Shown here: positions 34,668 through 44,841 of the stretch, piece after piece
How the letters are laid out: every line of letters begins with the position of its first letter
Numbering within the stretch: position 1 is the stretch's first letter
Assembly: GCA_964607415.1 (NCBI GenBank)
Contig: CAZSKK010000002.1
Coordinates: forward strand, 288,585-352,584
Length of the DNA stretch: 64,000 nucleotides
Source: an uncultured Candidatus Saccharibacteria bacterium
Lineage (GTDB): Bacteria > Patescibacteriota > Dojkabacteria > J137
Direction: 5' to 3'
Notes under the pieces: generated by a model
Seen by the model: only the letters and a program-made list of their open reading frames with translations
The model's database searches: none
What the model was told of the DNA's origin: nothing
Translations under genes and position numbers: made by a program

Positions 34668-36212
34668 ATGTTTATGGTTAACAGTCAAAAAAAGCTTAGA
34701 CAACCAGTAGTTGCTGTAATGGGTCACGTGGATCACGGTAAGACTTCGTTTTTGGATGCAATTAGAGGAACCAGAGTTCAGGATAAAGAAGCAGGCGGCA
34801 TTACTCAAAATACAAGAGTACACGAAGTAACTTTAAAAAATGGGTTTAAAATTACATTTATTGATACTCCCGGTCACGAGGCTTTTAGCAATATGAGAGA
34901 AAGAGGTGCTAAAGTAACAGATTTTGTAGTACTGATTGTTGCTGCAGATGATGGAATCCAACCACAGACAAAAGAATCTATAAAATTTGCACAAGATAAT
35001 GGTGTGCCAATTATTGTTGCAATTAATAAAATTGACATTGCTGGAGTAAAAACAGAAAAAATTAAAAAAGAATTGGCAAGTTTTAATGTTGTAATTGAAG
35101 AGTATGGAGGTGAGACACTTTGTTTTGAAATATCTGCTAAAACAGGTTTAAATTTAGATAAACTTTTAGAAGGGATTGAGTTACTAACAGAAGTTTCTGA
35201 GCTATCGCCAAGAGCAATTAGAGAAAATACTTTGGCTGAAGCATTTGTATTGGAATCTTTGCTGGATAAAAATCTAGGGGCAATTGCAATTTGTATTCTA
35301 AAATCTGGAAACCTTTCCGAAAGAGTTTATGCAGTTACAAAAGAAGGTACATTCAAAATTAGAGCTTATTTAAATGAAAATTTAAAACAAATAAGTACTG
35401 TTAACGAATCAGCGCCTGTGATTCTTACTGGGCTTAAAAAAGAAATTTCAGCAGGTGATACTGTTTACTTCACACAATTGGAAGAAAATGCAAAAGAGTT
35501 GGAAAAAGAACTAATTCAACAAGAGGAACAATCAGAAAAACTTACGGCAGAATCAATTTTTGCACAAATGTTGATCAATAGAGAAGAGAAGAAGCAAGGA
35601 ATAGAGCAAAAAATATTAAACATTATTTTAAAATCGTCTACGGTAGGCACTTTAGAAGCTATTAAAGTTCAACTCGAAAAACTGAATGCTGAAGATGCAA
35701 AAGTAAACATAATTGCATCGGGTACAGGATCTATTAAAGAAGAAGATATTTTTAGAGGCAAAGCTGCCAAGGCAATCGTTGTTAGCTTTCAACTTCCAAT
35801 AGATACAAAACTTCAAATGATTGCAAAGCAAGAAAAAGTATTAGTTAGAAACTATGAAATCATTTATGAACTGGTAGATGAACTGGCTGATGTTCTGGAT
35901 AGCTTAGGCTCTCCAATAGAAGAAGAAATTGAAATCGCAAGAGCGAAAGTTAAGCAAGTTTTTGAATTGAGCAATAAAAGCTTTGTGGCAGGTTGTGAAG
36001 TTACTAAAGGTACAATGCTGAAGGGCTTTAGGGTAAAAGTAGAAAGAAAGGGAATAGAACTTGGTAAAGGTAAAATTTCATCTTTAAGACAAGGTAAGAA
36101 TGAAGTTAAGGAAGTTAAAAAGGGCCTAGATTGCGGTATTCTATTAGATCCTCAAATTCCAGATATACAAGAAGGGGACGAAATAATTGCCTTCAGAATT
36201 GAACGGACCTAA
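34668..36212 (+). CDS. infB: Translation initiation factor IF-2 (short, no N-terminal domain)
   Basis: GHVDHGKTS, EAGGITQ, DTPGHEAF, NKID, SAKTG. Confidence 0.95.
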   Translation: MFMVNSQKKLRQPVVAVMGHVDHGKTSFLDAIRGTRVQDKEAGGITQNTRVHEVTLKNGFKITFIDTPGHEAFSNMRERGAKVTDFVVLIVAADDGIQPQTKESIKFAQDNGVPIIVAINKIDIAGVKTEKIKKELASFNVVIEEYGGETLCFEISAKTGLNLDKLLEGIELLTEVSELSPRAIRENTLAEAFVLESLLDKNLGAIAICILKSGNLSERVYAVTKEGTFKIRAYLNENLKQISTVNESAPVILTGLKKEISAGDTVYFTQLEENAKELEKELIQQEEQSEKLTAESIFAQMLINREEKKQGIEQKILNIILKSSTVGTLEAIKVQLEKLNAEDAKVNIIASGTGSIKEEDIFRGKAAKAIVVSFQLPIDTKLQMIAKQEKVLVRNYEIIYELVDELADVLDSLGSPIEEEIEIARAKVKQVFELSNKSFVAGCEVTKGTMLKGFRVKVERKGIELGKGKISSLRQGKNEVKEVKKGLDCGILLDPQIPDIQEGDEIIAFRIERT

Positions 36213-36230
36213 CCATTACCCTTGTGCTTT

Positions 36231-36665
36231 ATGGAATTTATAAAAGATATTAAGATCTTAACTCTTGCAAGTCTAATTATTTTAGCAACTTCTTGTGCTG
36301 AAAAAGACTATACGGCATTTATAGCCAACGAACAATATCTTGTTTTTGGACTTTCTGAAACAGATGCAAACATTCTATCTCAATATTCAGGGGTACCAAC
36401 TAATCTATTCTCCAAAATGTATTGTAAAACTGAAGTTGAAATTAATGAGGATATTTCGATTAGCACGGTAGAAATTTTTACTGGTGAGTTAAATGAAGCA
36501 TCTTTTCAAAAAATTGGAGCGATTGAATCTTTAAGATTTGATGGATCTGAAGAAGCATTATCCTTTACAATGAATGGTAAAGTCATTGAATTGAGATCAG
36601 ATTCAACTGATATTGCGCATCGAATAATGGAATTTTGTTCGGAAGACAGTGTTTCTGAAGCATAA
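36231..36665 (+). CDS. Putative lipoprotein
   Basis: Hydrophobic N-region ending LATS-C; start set at ATG 36231. Confidence 0.55.
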   Translation: MEFIKDIKILTLASLIILATSCAEKDYTAFIANEQYLVFGLSETDANILSQYSGVPTNLFSKMYCKTEVEINEDISISTVEIFTGELNEASFQKIGAIESLRFDGSEEALSFTMNGKVIELRSDSTDIAHRIMEFCSEDSVSEA

Positions 36666-36670
36666 ATCAA

Positions 36671-36707
36671 ACAGGAAGGTTTGAGGATATGCCTCAAACC
36701 TTCCTGT
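36671..36707. terminator. Long hairpin between convergent genes
   Basis: ACAGGAAGGTTTGAGG-atatg-CCTCAAACCTTCCTGT (16-bp stem). Confidence 0.7.
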
Positions 36708-36728
36708 AGGTTTCTTTAACACTAAAGT

Positions 36729-39700
36729 TTAACTAAACGGATTTTGCATAGTCCTCACTTTTACAAGTTCCGCTAAAGATGATTTTTTTACTTCTACCTT
36801 CTTCATTGCGATATCTTTTGATATATAGCCCCTTTCGGTAACAGTTATATTATTAGAATCCGATTCAGATACATCTGACATTACATAACCTTCTTTATTT
36901 GCAAGACACCAATATATACCTTTTCTTAATCTGATCTTCATTCTACCTTGTGCGTTTGTTAGATAAACACCAACCTGCTTGGCATCTCTATAAAATCTTA
37001 CACTTACACCAGGTAGTCCTTTTTCTGTATCTAAATCAATAACTCTACCTAATCTGCTTAAAATCAAACTTGTAGCCAGTTGCAAAAAGTTAATTATAAA
37101 AAGACCAAAGTATGCAATTATTATCAAGCTGTTTATAACATTTGGGAAAAGTGTAAACACATAAACACTATAGAAAAATCCAATCAACATTAATGCTGTA
37201 AGAATAACTCTAACCGTTTTTATTACCTCAGCTTTGTAATAAAATCTAAGTTTATTTATCAAATTTGGTTTTTTCCCAACTGGAGTTAAAGCAATATCTT
37301 CCAAAAATTCAACACTTTTACCTACTTTCTGGATATCAAACTTCTTACTAAATAATTCATATCCCTGTGCTTTAACTTCCACAGTATACGTGCCGGATTT
37401 CTCTAGAAGAATTCCATATTTACCTTCCTCATCAGAAATTACTCTAGTGATCATTTCTTTATCTTTAAAGACAGTAATATAGGCAAAAGGAATAGGTTTG
37501 TATTTGTTAACATCGAATATGAACCCCCAATATTTTTTCTTTTTTGGAATTAATATTCCATAAAGGATTCCTAGTCTTGAACTAACTTCTCTTAAGGCAA
37601 ATGGTGTGCCACCTGCAAAACTTAGAGTGTAGATAATTGTAAATGCAGTTAAAACGGCACCAAGACCGGCAGGAATTAGAGCATTTATGTCAGTTCTATA
37701 TCTAAGATCAACAAAATCAAGATTTAAAATTTCTTTCACCTCGCCTTTTTCATTTCTTGCAATTAACTGTAACTGTGTGTCTTTGTCTATATAAATTTCT
37801 GCTGAACCATCTAATGCAAGATTTTCTCCTATCCCTATAATATCAACGGAAGTTGCATTTTCTGTTTCCCAGATTACTCTATACAAAGCTCTAGTATTAG
37901 TTTCCGATAATTTTTCTGCTTCAAATTTAACAATTACTACATCTTCCACTATTTCACTTGTCAACTCGACAGGTTCTTCGTAAACCTCAACTGTTAATGT
38001 TGATCTCAAATTACCATAAGGGCCTTCTCCATCCAGATAAAAAGTAGTAGTTTTTTCTAAAGTTAATTTGGTTTCACCATTAGTTGTAACAGCCCCATAA
38101 TCTTTGTCGTCTGACCGTAGTCTTAAGATATTAAGGTTTGAAGATGTCCAACTTAATGAAAACTCTTCACCTTTTAGAACTTTATATTTATCAGATTTAA
38201 ATACTAACGAAGGAATTACGGTTATGTTGTTATTATCGATGGTGCCAATAAAGTTTATTGGCTGAGATACAGCACTACCTTCGTCGTTATAAGCACGAAG
38301 ATAATAGGTTCCCAAAACATTTGCTGTTGCGTTGGTAATTATTGCCTGACCATTAATAATTTCAGCGTTTGTTACATTAAATCCTGGAACAACTTGATTG
38401 TCAGATAATCTTCTTAGTTCAATATTGACTGGTTGACTACCTTCAACTGGGTTGTTCAAAAGATCCAAGGCATTTACAGCAAAACTAAAATTATTCCCAA
38501 CCAAAACGGTTTCTGGTTCGTTAGCTATATCCATAGAAAACCCTCTATCGGTATCGTTTAGGTAAGCAGAGTAGGAGAAACTTATATTTCCTATGACAGG
38601 AGTTGAACCTTTAGTCATAGTCACTCTAAATTTAATACGGTAGTCTTTTGTAGGAAAGTTTACAGTGCTACCAACAGCAACAGGATACCATGTTAAGCCT
38701 CCATCATTGGATACTTCATATGAAATACCCCCTGCATTAATTAATGTTTCTACGCTATCGAGAGTGATAAAGTCTGCATCTAACCTTCCTTCGATTTGAG
38801 CATCAATTTCACTACTTGCAATACCAGAAGCTGCAAAATCTCTATTTAAATTGTAATCATATACACCATGCCTTGCTAAAACTGCTCTTAAAGATCCATA
38901 TCCAGTCATGTAAAAGTCTCCAATCTCAGCAGGGTAAAGATCATTATTAATATTTAGATTTAAGATTTGATCATCAAATCTATCAGTATATGTATCGTTT
39001 ATAGAAAGGTAAATCATTCTTCCTGATACAGTCGAAATGAAGAATTGACTTCCAACAGGATATTGACCAGGTAAGTACTCCATATCTGTTCCAAAGTCAT
39101 TTACATCTTCATAGGTTGCCAATACTGTAATAGTATCATCGGCCAAGTCAAAAGTACCTTGATCGTTAGTAATGGCCTCAACTCCTCCAGGATAAGAATA
39201 AACAATATTATTGTTTTTATCCTTCACAAATGTTGAAACCATGTTTTTGCCTGGTCTAATGGTTACAGAATTATCACCAAGGTTTACAGGTGTAGCGTTA
39301 TCGTTTATTTTATATATGCCAGCTTGAAAATCTCCAAACCATACAGTATTTGTTGCTTCATCAAGGTAAAGTCCTGTAGGAATAGGTAATAAACCGCTAC
39401 AAGAACCGCTTGAACAAGAGTATGTGAAGCCAAATCCATAGGTCATTGTTTCATCATCTGCTGAGGTTGTAAAATCTCCTGGTCTAACATATCCGATTCC
39501 TGCTCCATGTGTAAAATAAACCCCGTAGTTAGGGAGACTTCTTTTGTCAATCTGAAGCATGTAAGTTTCATAATAAGACTCGCCATTGTAAATTACATAG
39601 GAGTCGTAGCCATCAGTGATACTAGTTCCAAAGTTGATCCCTAGCAATCCGGTACCTGCAGCAACCCAAACGTGATATTCACCATTTACATAAATTTCTT

Positions 39701-42611
39701 CAATTTCACTAATTTTTGCATTTTGAAAGAACACAACAGGGAATCCAGAGAAATCATAAGCACCGAATGTAGTTTCTATTCCCGTTCCAATATTATAATA
39801 GCTAAAATTATCTTCATCTTTAGTTACCCAAAAGCCGTTCGAACTACTTTGAAAAATCTTGTTTTTAACAGCATATCCACCATATTGTGGTGCAAATCCT
39901 CCTGTTAAAACAGTTGTTCTTGAAGGATTCATAGCTTCTTTTAGTCTTAATACTCCATTTCCCCAGATCAAGTCAGAAGATACTATATCATGATCATCAT
40001 GATTATCGAATGATTCTGTTTTTACAATATTTATTGCATTTTGATTAGGATCTTGAGCTACAATTTCAAATGTAATAGTTTGATTCTTGCTTTGGGTATT
40101 TGTATCATTGCCAGAATTATCTACAGCTCTTACTTCAGCAGTATGTGCCCCCAAACTCAAGCCTTCCAAAGGTAATGAGAATAACTCTTCAGTACTGTTA
40201 TTAGAGCCATCTAATGGAGGCATTGTTAACCAAGATCCACCGTCAATTCTATAGTAAATGGTTTGAATATTTGATGTTTTCTGACCAGGATCGTCTTTCA
40301 CTTTTCCTTGTAAAGGAGGGTCTTGGTCAGTAGTAGGATCTGGAATTATTGATTGAAGCTGAATATTGGGAGCTAAAGTATCAACGCTATCTATTACTAT
40401 TCTGTCTATTGTTTGGCCTTCCCCAAGAAGTGATGATGCTCCAGTAAAAGCACCAAGAATATTGCCCACTGAGTCAATAGTTCTAACTAATATTTGCTTG
40501 TTACCATCTGCTAAAAGAGTAGTTATGGAGAAGCTAAAGTCTTCTGTAGGTTCGTCAAAAGCTCCATCAATTGGTGTTGTATTAGTCCAATCGTTTTCAA
40601 AACCACTGCCTTCAGCAAAAATTCTGTATTGTACATTGGCTATGTTTACATCGGTTTCAACAGCTGTTCCGTTATAGTTAAGTGTTGGGGTTACGGTCAT
40701 ATCAATCGGTGTTTGTCCCAGTGTTGTAACGCTTTGGATAGTTGGAGCCACTGCGTCAATTATTCCAGTAAAAGGGTAATCTTGAGTTAAATTTACAGAG
40801 TTGGTAACAGTGATAACTATATCGTAAGTTGCTCCATCAGTAAGCATATTCCCATGGTCATCAAAGGTTAAGGTAAAGTCTTCGTTATTGGAATCAAAGA
40901 AAAGGTCATTTGCTGAAGCAGTAATTGGTGATTGAACTGCTTGATTGGGATTAGTAACTGAAAAAGTTGCAGTAACATTGCTTATTGTTGATTCCGGATC
41001 AGACGCAGTACCAGTGAATATCATTCTATTTCCTCCTATACCAGAGTAGCTTTGGGTAAAAGTTATACTAGCAGGTGTACTATCTGGTGCCGGACCGGTA
41101 AGAGTACCCAATAAAGATAGATCATCAATTGTAAAACCTCCAGTAGCTGTTGTGCTTACAGCTTGTCCCTCTGCATCAAAGTGAAATCGAACCTGAAAAG
41201 TACTGGTTGGAGGCGTTGCACCAAGCAAAGAATCAATATCAATTGTTGCAGCAACGTACGTACCAAGAATTGAATTTGTTCGAAGATTATATGCTTCAAT
41301 CCATTCACTAGTGTTTGATGCCCTTATGAATACTCTGTTAAGGTCTCCAAGTGCTGGATTATCATGGTGCCACATATATTGAAATTGAAGTTCAAGATCT
41401 GTAGCGGTTTGATAATTACTCAAGTCTCTAGTTAGTACTAAATCTGTCTGTGCACCCCCACCATCAACTGAATCCAAGGTTGCAGCTCCATTACCGGCAA
41501 ATTGAAAACCTCCTCCCTGTAATCTTAATCGACCATAACTTATTGTTATATCCCATTCAGATCCAATTGTGTCAGTCATGGGACCTTGTTGTACACCTTG
41601 GTCTATCGTTGTTCCAACTCCATCTTCAAATTGTTCCTGGTAAATTGTATGTTGTCCGCCTGGTATATTTATAGAATACTCAGCTACAGGCCAATAATTA
41701 CTATTTTGATCAACTGCCCTCAAATAAAAAGTATGCACACCTGGAATTCCCGCTACTGTTCCAGTTGCTGCAGAACCATCAGGTTGAATTGATAGATCTG
41801 AAGGACTGAACCAACTTCCATTGTCAAAATTGTATTCTAATGAAAGAATTTGTAGCTCCGTGACATTAGTAGATGCTCCGCTAACAGAAATATACGATCC
41901 ATTGTCAATTGCATTAACTGTAATTTCGGCTCCTCCACAATCCATAGTTCCGTTAATAGTATCGGAAACATAAGAATTACCAGGTGATTCTAGGTTAAAT
42001 TGATCGAAGGCTCGTGCTTCAATAGTGTGTGCACCGCAAGCTAGAGTATTTGCATAAACTCTTGCAGCCACAAAATCAGTTCCGTAATTTCCAAATTCTT
42101 CGGGAGCAAGTGTCCAGTCCCCTCCATCAATTCTATACTCAAGTGCCTGTACATACTCTGGTCCTGAGTTATCTTCAGTTGCTTGAACAACAACACCGTC
42201 CTGATCAGGGATTAGAATAACTGTTAAGTAGTTGGGTCTTGTTAATTGAACCATTAAATCACCTACTGGCCATGTATCTGTGTTTATATCGACAGCTCTA
42301 AAGTAAATATTATTTGTTCCTGGAGGTAGATCATTGTAGTAAAAATTTGCAACTACAAGGGTGTCAACTCCGTATGTTCCTTGACTTGCGGGGATTTGTA
42401 TCCAGTTTGCTTGATCGGTACTCCATTCAATAGAAGTGATTATTAATGCACCTGCAGAATCTGCATAAAGTTCGTAGTAGTTTATTGCATCTGTGCCACT
42501 AAGGGTAACTTCGGCAGAAGCAGTAATAAACTCTTTGGCAATTACTAGTGTACCGAACCAAGCTAGCACTATAAAGGGAATTAGTAGGGCGTATAAATAT
42601 TTTGATCTCAT
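36729..42611 (-). CDS. Giant cell-surface protein (Ig-like repeats, probable beta-propeller, C-terminal TMs with carboxypeptidase-regulatory-like domains)
   Basis: 1960 aa, N-terminal signal/TM, repeated Y-x-IDGG-x-W and G-x-HT-x-E-x-RA-x-D modules, acidic T/D/N-rich, C-terminal TM segments and T/S-D/N-x-x-G-x-Y-type domains. Confidence 0.8.
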   Translation of the reverse strand: MRSKYLYALLIPFIVLAWFGTLVIAKEFITASAEVTLSGTDAINYYELYADSAGALIITSIEWSTDQANWIQIPASQGTYGVDTLVVANFYYNDLPPGTNNIYFRAVDINTDTWPVGDLMVQLTRPNYLTVILIPDQDGVVVQATEDNSGPEYVQALEYRIDGGDWTLAPEEFGNYGTDFVAARVYANTLACGAHTIEARAFDQFNLESPGNSYVSDTINGTMDCGGAEITVNAIDNGSYISVSGASTNVTELQILSLEYNFDNGSWFSPSDLSIQPDGSAATGTVAGIPGVHTFYLRAVDQNSNYWPVAEYSINIPGGQHTIYQEQFEDGVGTTIDQGVQQGPMTDTIGSEWDITISYGRLRLQGGGFQFAGNGAATLDSVDGGGAQTDLVLTRDLSNYQTATDLELQFQYMWHHDNPALGDLNRVFIRASNTSEWIEAYNLRTNSILGTYVAATIDIDSLLGATPPTSTFQVRFHFDAEGQAVSTTATGGFTIDDLSLLGTLTGPAPDSTPASITFTQSYSGIGGNRMIFTGTASDPESTISNVTATFSVTNPNQAVQSPITASANDLFFDSNNEDFTLTFDDHGNMLTDGATYDIVITVTNSVNLTQDYPFTGIIDAVAPTIQSVTTLGQTPIDMTVTPTLNYNGTAVETDVNIANVQYRIFAEGSGFENDWTNTTPIDGAFDEPTEDFSFSITTLLADGNKQILVRTIDSVGNILGAFTGASSLLGEGQTIDRIVIDSVDTLAPNIQLQSIIPDPTTDQDPPLQGKVKDDPGQKTSNIQTIYYRIDGGSWLTMPPLDGSNNSTEELFSLPLEGLSLGAHTAEVRAVDNSGNDTNTQSKNQTITFEIVAQDPNQNAINIVKTESFDNHDDHDIVSSDLIWGNGVLRLKEAMNPSRTTVLTGGFAPQYGGYAVKNKIFQSSSNGFWVTKDEDNFSYYNIGTGIETTFGAYDFSGFPVVFFQNAKISEIEEIYVNGEYHVWVAAGTGLLGINFGTSITDGYDSYVIYNGESYYETYMLQIDKRSLPNYGVYFTHGAGIGYVRPGDFTTSADDETMTYGFGFTYSCSSGSCSGLLPIPTGLYLDEATNTVWFGDFQAGIYKINDNATPVNLGDNSVTIRPGKNMVSTFVKDKNNNIVYSYPGGVEAITNDQGTFDLADDTITVLATYEDVNDFGTDMEYLPGQYPVGSQFFISTVSGRMIYLSINDTYTDRFDDQILNLNINNDLYPAEIGDFYMTGYGSLRAVLARHGVYDYNLNRDFAASGIASSEIDAQIEGRLDADFITLDSVETLINAGGISYEVSNDGGLTWYPVAVGSTVNFPTKDYRIKFRVTMTKGSTPVIGNISFSYSAYLNDTDRGFSMDIANEPETVLVGNNFSFAVNALDLLNNPVEGSQPVNIELRRLSDNQVVPGFNVTNAEIINGQAIITNATANVLGTYYLRAYNDEGSAVSQPINFIGTIDNNNITVIPSLVFKSDKYKVLKGEEFSLSWTSSNLNILRLRSDDKDYGAVTTNGETKLTLEKTTTFYLDGEGPYGNLRSTLTVEVYEEPVELTSEIVEDVVIVKFEAEKLSETNTRALYRVIWETENATSVDIIGIGENLALDGSAEIYIDKDTQLQLIARNEKGEVKEILNLDFVDLRYRTDINALIPAGLGAVLTAFTIIYTLSFAGGTPFALREVSSRLGILYGILIPKKKKYWGFIFDVNKYKPIPFAYITVFKDKEMITRVISDEEGKYGILLEKSGTYTVEVKAQGYELFSKKFDIQKVGKSVEFLEDIALTPVGKKPNLINKLRFYYKAEVIKTVRVILTALMLIGFFYSVYVFTLFPNVINSLIIIAYFGLFIINFLQLATSLILSRLGRVIDLDTEKGLPGVSVRFYRDAKQVGVYLTNAQGRMKIRLRKGIYWCLANKEGYVMSDVSESDSNNITVTERGYISKDIAMKKVEVKKSSLAELVKVRTMQNPFS

Positions 42612-42697
42612 TTTATAATAGAATTAAAGGCTATAATTCCAGTATAAAGTTTTTAAATGTTACTTCAAGTATTTTTTTACTCCCTCCAAGATAAATA

Positions 42698-43618
42698 TCA
42701 TGACTTATCTTCTAACCATTTTTGAGCTGACAGGGCTGCCATGCAACCTAAACCCGCTGCGGTAATAGCCTGCCTGTACTTTTCATCTTCAACATCTCCA
42801 CATGCAAACACCCCTTCGACATTAGTTTTAACATGATCAACTGCAGTTATATACCCCCTTTCGCTGGTTGAAATACTGTTTTTAAGAAATCCAGTAACTG
42901 GGATGTGGCCAATTGCCAAAAATAGCCCATCTACCTTTAGCTCAAATTCTTCATTTTTTACGTTATTAAATAACTTAACTCGATCAACCTTATCTTCTCC
43001 CAAAACTTCTTTTACCTCAGTATTCCAAATAATTTCAATTTTAGGATTATTTAAAGCCCTTTCTTGCATTATTTTGCTTGCCTTAAATTCGTTTTTTCTA
43101 TGTATGATATAAACCTTTGAAGCAAATCTTGTTAGGAATGAAGATTCCTCCATAGCAGAGTCGCCACCTCCAATAACGGCTACTGTTTTATCTCTGTAAA
43201 AAGCAGCATCGCATGTTGCGCATGTTGAAACACCTTTCCCATAAAATTTATCTTCTCCTGGAATTTCAAGTTTTCTTGGCGTTGCTCCTGTTGCAATAAT
43301 TACTGCTTTGGATCTAAATTCTTCACTTGAAGTTTTTACAATTTTTTCTTTACCTGAAAGATCAACAAAAGTTGCGTCATCATATTTAAATTCTGCGCCA
43401 AACTTTTGTGCTTGTTTTAGCATTTTGTCCATAAGTTCCGGACCCTGGATTCCTTCTGGAAAACCTGGAAAATTTTCTACTTCAGTTGTATTCATTAATT
43501 GTCCTCCCCAAATTACGCCAGTAATAACTAAAGTTTTAATACGTGCTCGCGAAGCATAAATTGCTGCAGTTAAGCCAGCTGGTCCTGAACCAATGATAAT
43601 TAGATCAAACATATTCAT
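42698..43618 (-). CDS. trxB: Thioredoxin reductase
   Basis: GSGPAG, CATCD, GGGDSAMEE, YRQAITAAG. Confidence 0.97.
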   Translation of the reverse strand: MNMFDLIIIGSGPAGLTAAIYASRARIKTLVITGVIWGGQLMNTTEVENFPGFPEGIQGPELMDKMLKQAQKFGAEFKYDDATFVDLSGKEKIVKTSSEEFRSKAVIIATGATPRKLEIPGEDKFYGKGVSTCATCDAAFYRDKTVAVIGGGDSAMEESSFLTRFASKVYIIHRKNEFKASKIMQERALNNPKIEIIWNTEVKEVLGEDKVDRVKLFNNVKNEEFELKVDGLFLAIGHIPVTGFLKNSISTSERGYITAVDHVKTNVEGVFACGDVEDEKYRQAITAAGLGCMAALSAQKWLEDKS

Positions 43619-43698
43619 AAATTAAGGATTATTGTAAATAACTAATGACTAATAAAATAATATTACTAAAGTTTATTAGTAATATTAAGATTTTGTCA

Positions 43699-44019
43699 TT
43701 ATTTATCAAGGTTTCTATTCAAAAAATCCATATAGATCATTTTGTTTGCCGCACCTGTTATTCTATCAACTGGTTTACCATCTTTGAAGAGAATAAGAGT
43801 AGGAATTCCTTGAATGCCGTAAAGACCAGCAATTTCAGGATCGTGGTCTGTATCAAGCTTTCCAATTTTTACTTTACCATCCATTTCTTTTGCAATATCT
43901 TCGATTATAGGAGCAATCATTTTGCAAGGTGTGCACCATTCAGCCCAAAAATCTACAAATGTAAATCCAGACTGTATTTCAGCATTGAAGTTATCCTTAT
44001 TTAGGTGAACAAGAGCCAT
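43699..44019 (-). CDS. trxA: Thioredoxin
   Basis: DFWAEWCTPC, GIPT. Confidence 0.95.
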   Translation of the reverse strand: MALVHLNKDNFNAEIQSGFTFVDFWAEWCTPCKMIAPIIEDIAKEMDGKVKIGKLDTDHDPEIAGLYGIQGIPTLILFKDGKPVDRITGAANKMIYMDFLNRNLDK

Positions 44020-44174
44020 AAAATTGTATTAAAAATTAAAAGTGTAAAGTAAAACTATGATTAAAGATTCAAGAACTATGATAATGAACAATTTAAATAA
44101 TTTACAATTTTCATAGCTCAAAATCCTCAGCAGATTTGGAAATTTTTCAAATTATAAATTGAAAATTACAAGCA

Positions 44175-44435
44175 TTAGCTTACTTTAAAAAATCCATTAA
44201 CCAACTCTTCAAACTTTTTCATCTTTTTATCTTTGCTTTTTTGTTTAAAACATTCTTCACATTCTTCTCGTAGAGCGTCAGTTGCGAGTCTTGCGAGGGC
44301 AGAGCGTACTGCTGAAATTTGTTGAGAAATGCTAACAGCATCTCTTTTTTCTTCTACCATTCGTTCAACACCTTCGAGCTGTCCTTTGATTCTTTTTATT
44401 TGGATTTTAATATCAACGCAATTGTCTTTTTGCAT
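44175..44435 (-). CDS. CsoR/RcnR-family repressor
   Basis: RIKGQLEGV-x-RM, QISAVRSAL; start set at MQKDNC (ATG 44435). Confidence 0.9.
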   Translation of the reverse strand: MQKDNCVDIKIQIKRIKGQLEGVERMVEEKRDAVSISQQISAVRSALARLATDALREECEECFKQKSKDKKMKKFEELVNGFFKVS

Positions 44436-44441
44436 TCCAAA

Positions 44442-44471
44442 ATGATAATATACTCCCAGGGGGTATGTCAA
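44442..44471 (-). promoter_or_regulatory. Promoter with CsoR-type operator
   Basis: TTGACA (44471-44466), ATACCCCCTGGGAGTAT quasi-palindrome with C/G tracts in the spacer, TATCAT -10. Confidence 0.75.
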
Positions 44472-44834
44472 CTAGAAATTTAAAATTTGGTTCTCGTCAG
44501 GATTTTCTTTGTTTATTTTGATTTTTAGTTCATCGCCAACTAAATATTTTTGCTCCAATTTATTAACAAATTCCTGGTCTTTAGTATCAGTTTCAGAATA
44601 ACTTGATGTGTAGTTAAGGTTTTTATAATTATATTTGTATCTCAAATCTATAGTGTACAAAATATTATTTGATTCGGCAGGTGCTTTAAAAACAGTATAT
44701 TTAGTAATCTCGGCATCAATTTTTTTCCATTTATTGCTAGGTAGTAAATTCAAGGCGATAACAATAATCAACAGCAAAATCAGTACAATTAGAATTGGAA
44801 TAAAATATTGCTTCCTATATGTTAGTTTATTCAT
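44472..44834 (-). CDS. Membrane-anchored hypothetical protein (DUF3592-like)
   Basis: TM followed by W...I...Y-x-Y...G...NP pattern. Confidence 0.55.
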   Translation of the reverse strand: MNKLTYRKQYFIPILIVLILLLIIVIALNLLPSNKWKKIDAEITKYTVFKAPAESNNILYTIDLRYKYNYKNLNYTSSYSETDTKDQEFVNKLEQKYLVGDELKIKINKENPDENQILNF

Positions 44835-44841
44835 AGACTAA

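Noticed and set aside
34668-36212. Short IF2 as a truncated pseudogene
   Set aside because: G domain and C-terminal domains are intact; loss of the dispensable N-terminal domain is known in reduced genomes
13753-43618. Alternative genetic code (TGA recoded, as in Gracilibacteria/SR1)
   Set aside because: recJ and trxB end at TGA at expected lengths, and conserved genes have no internal TGA
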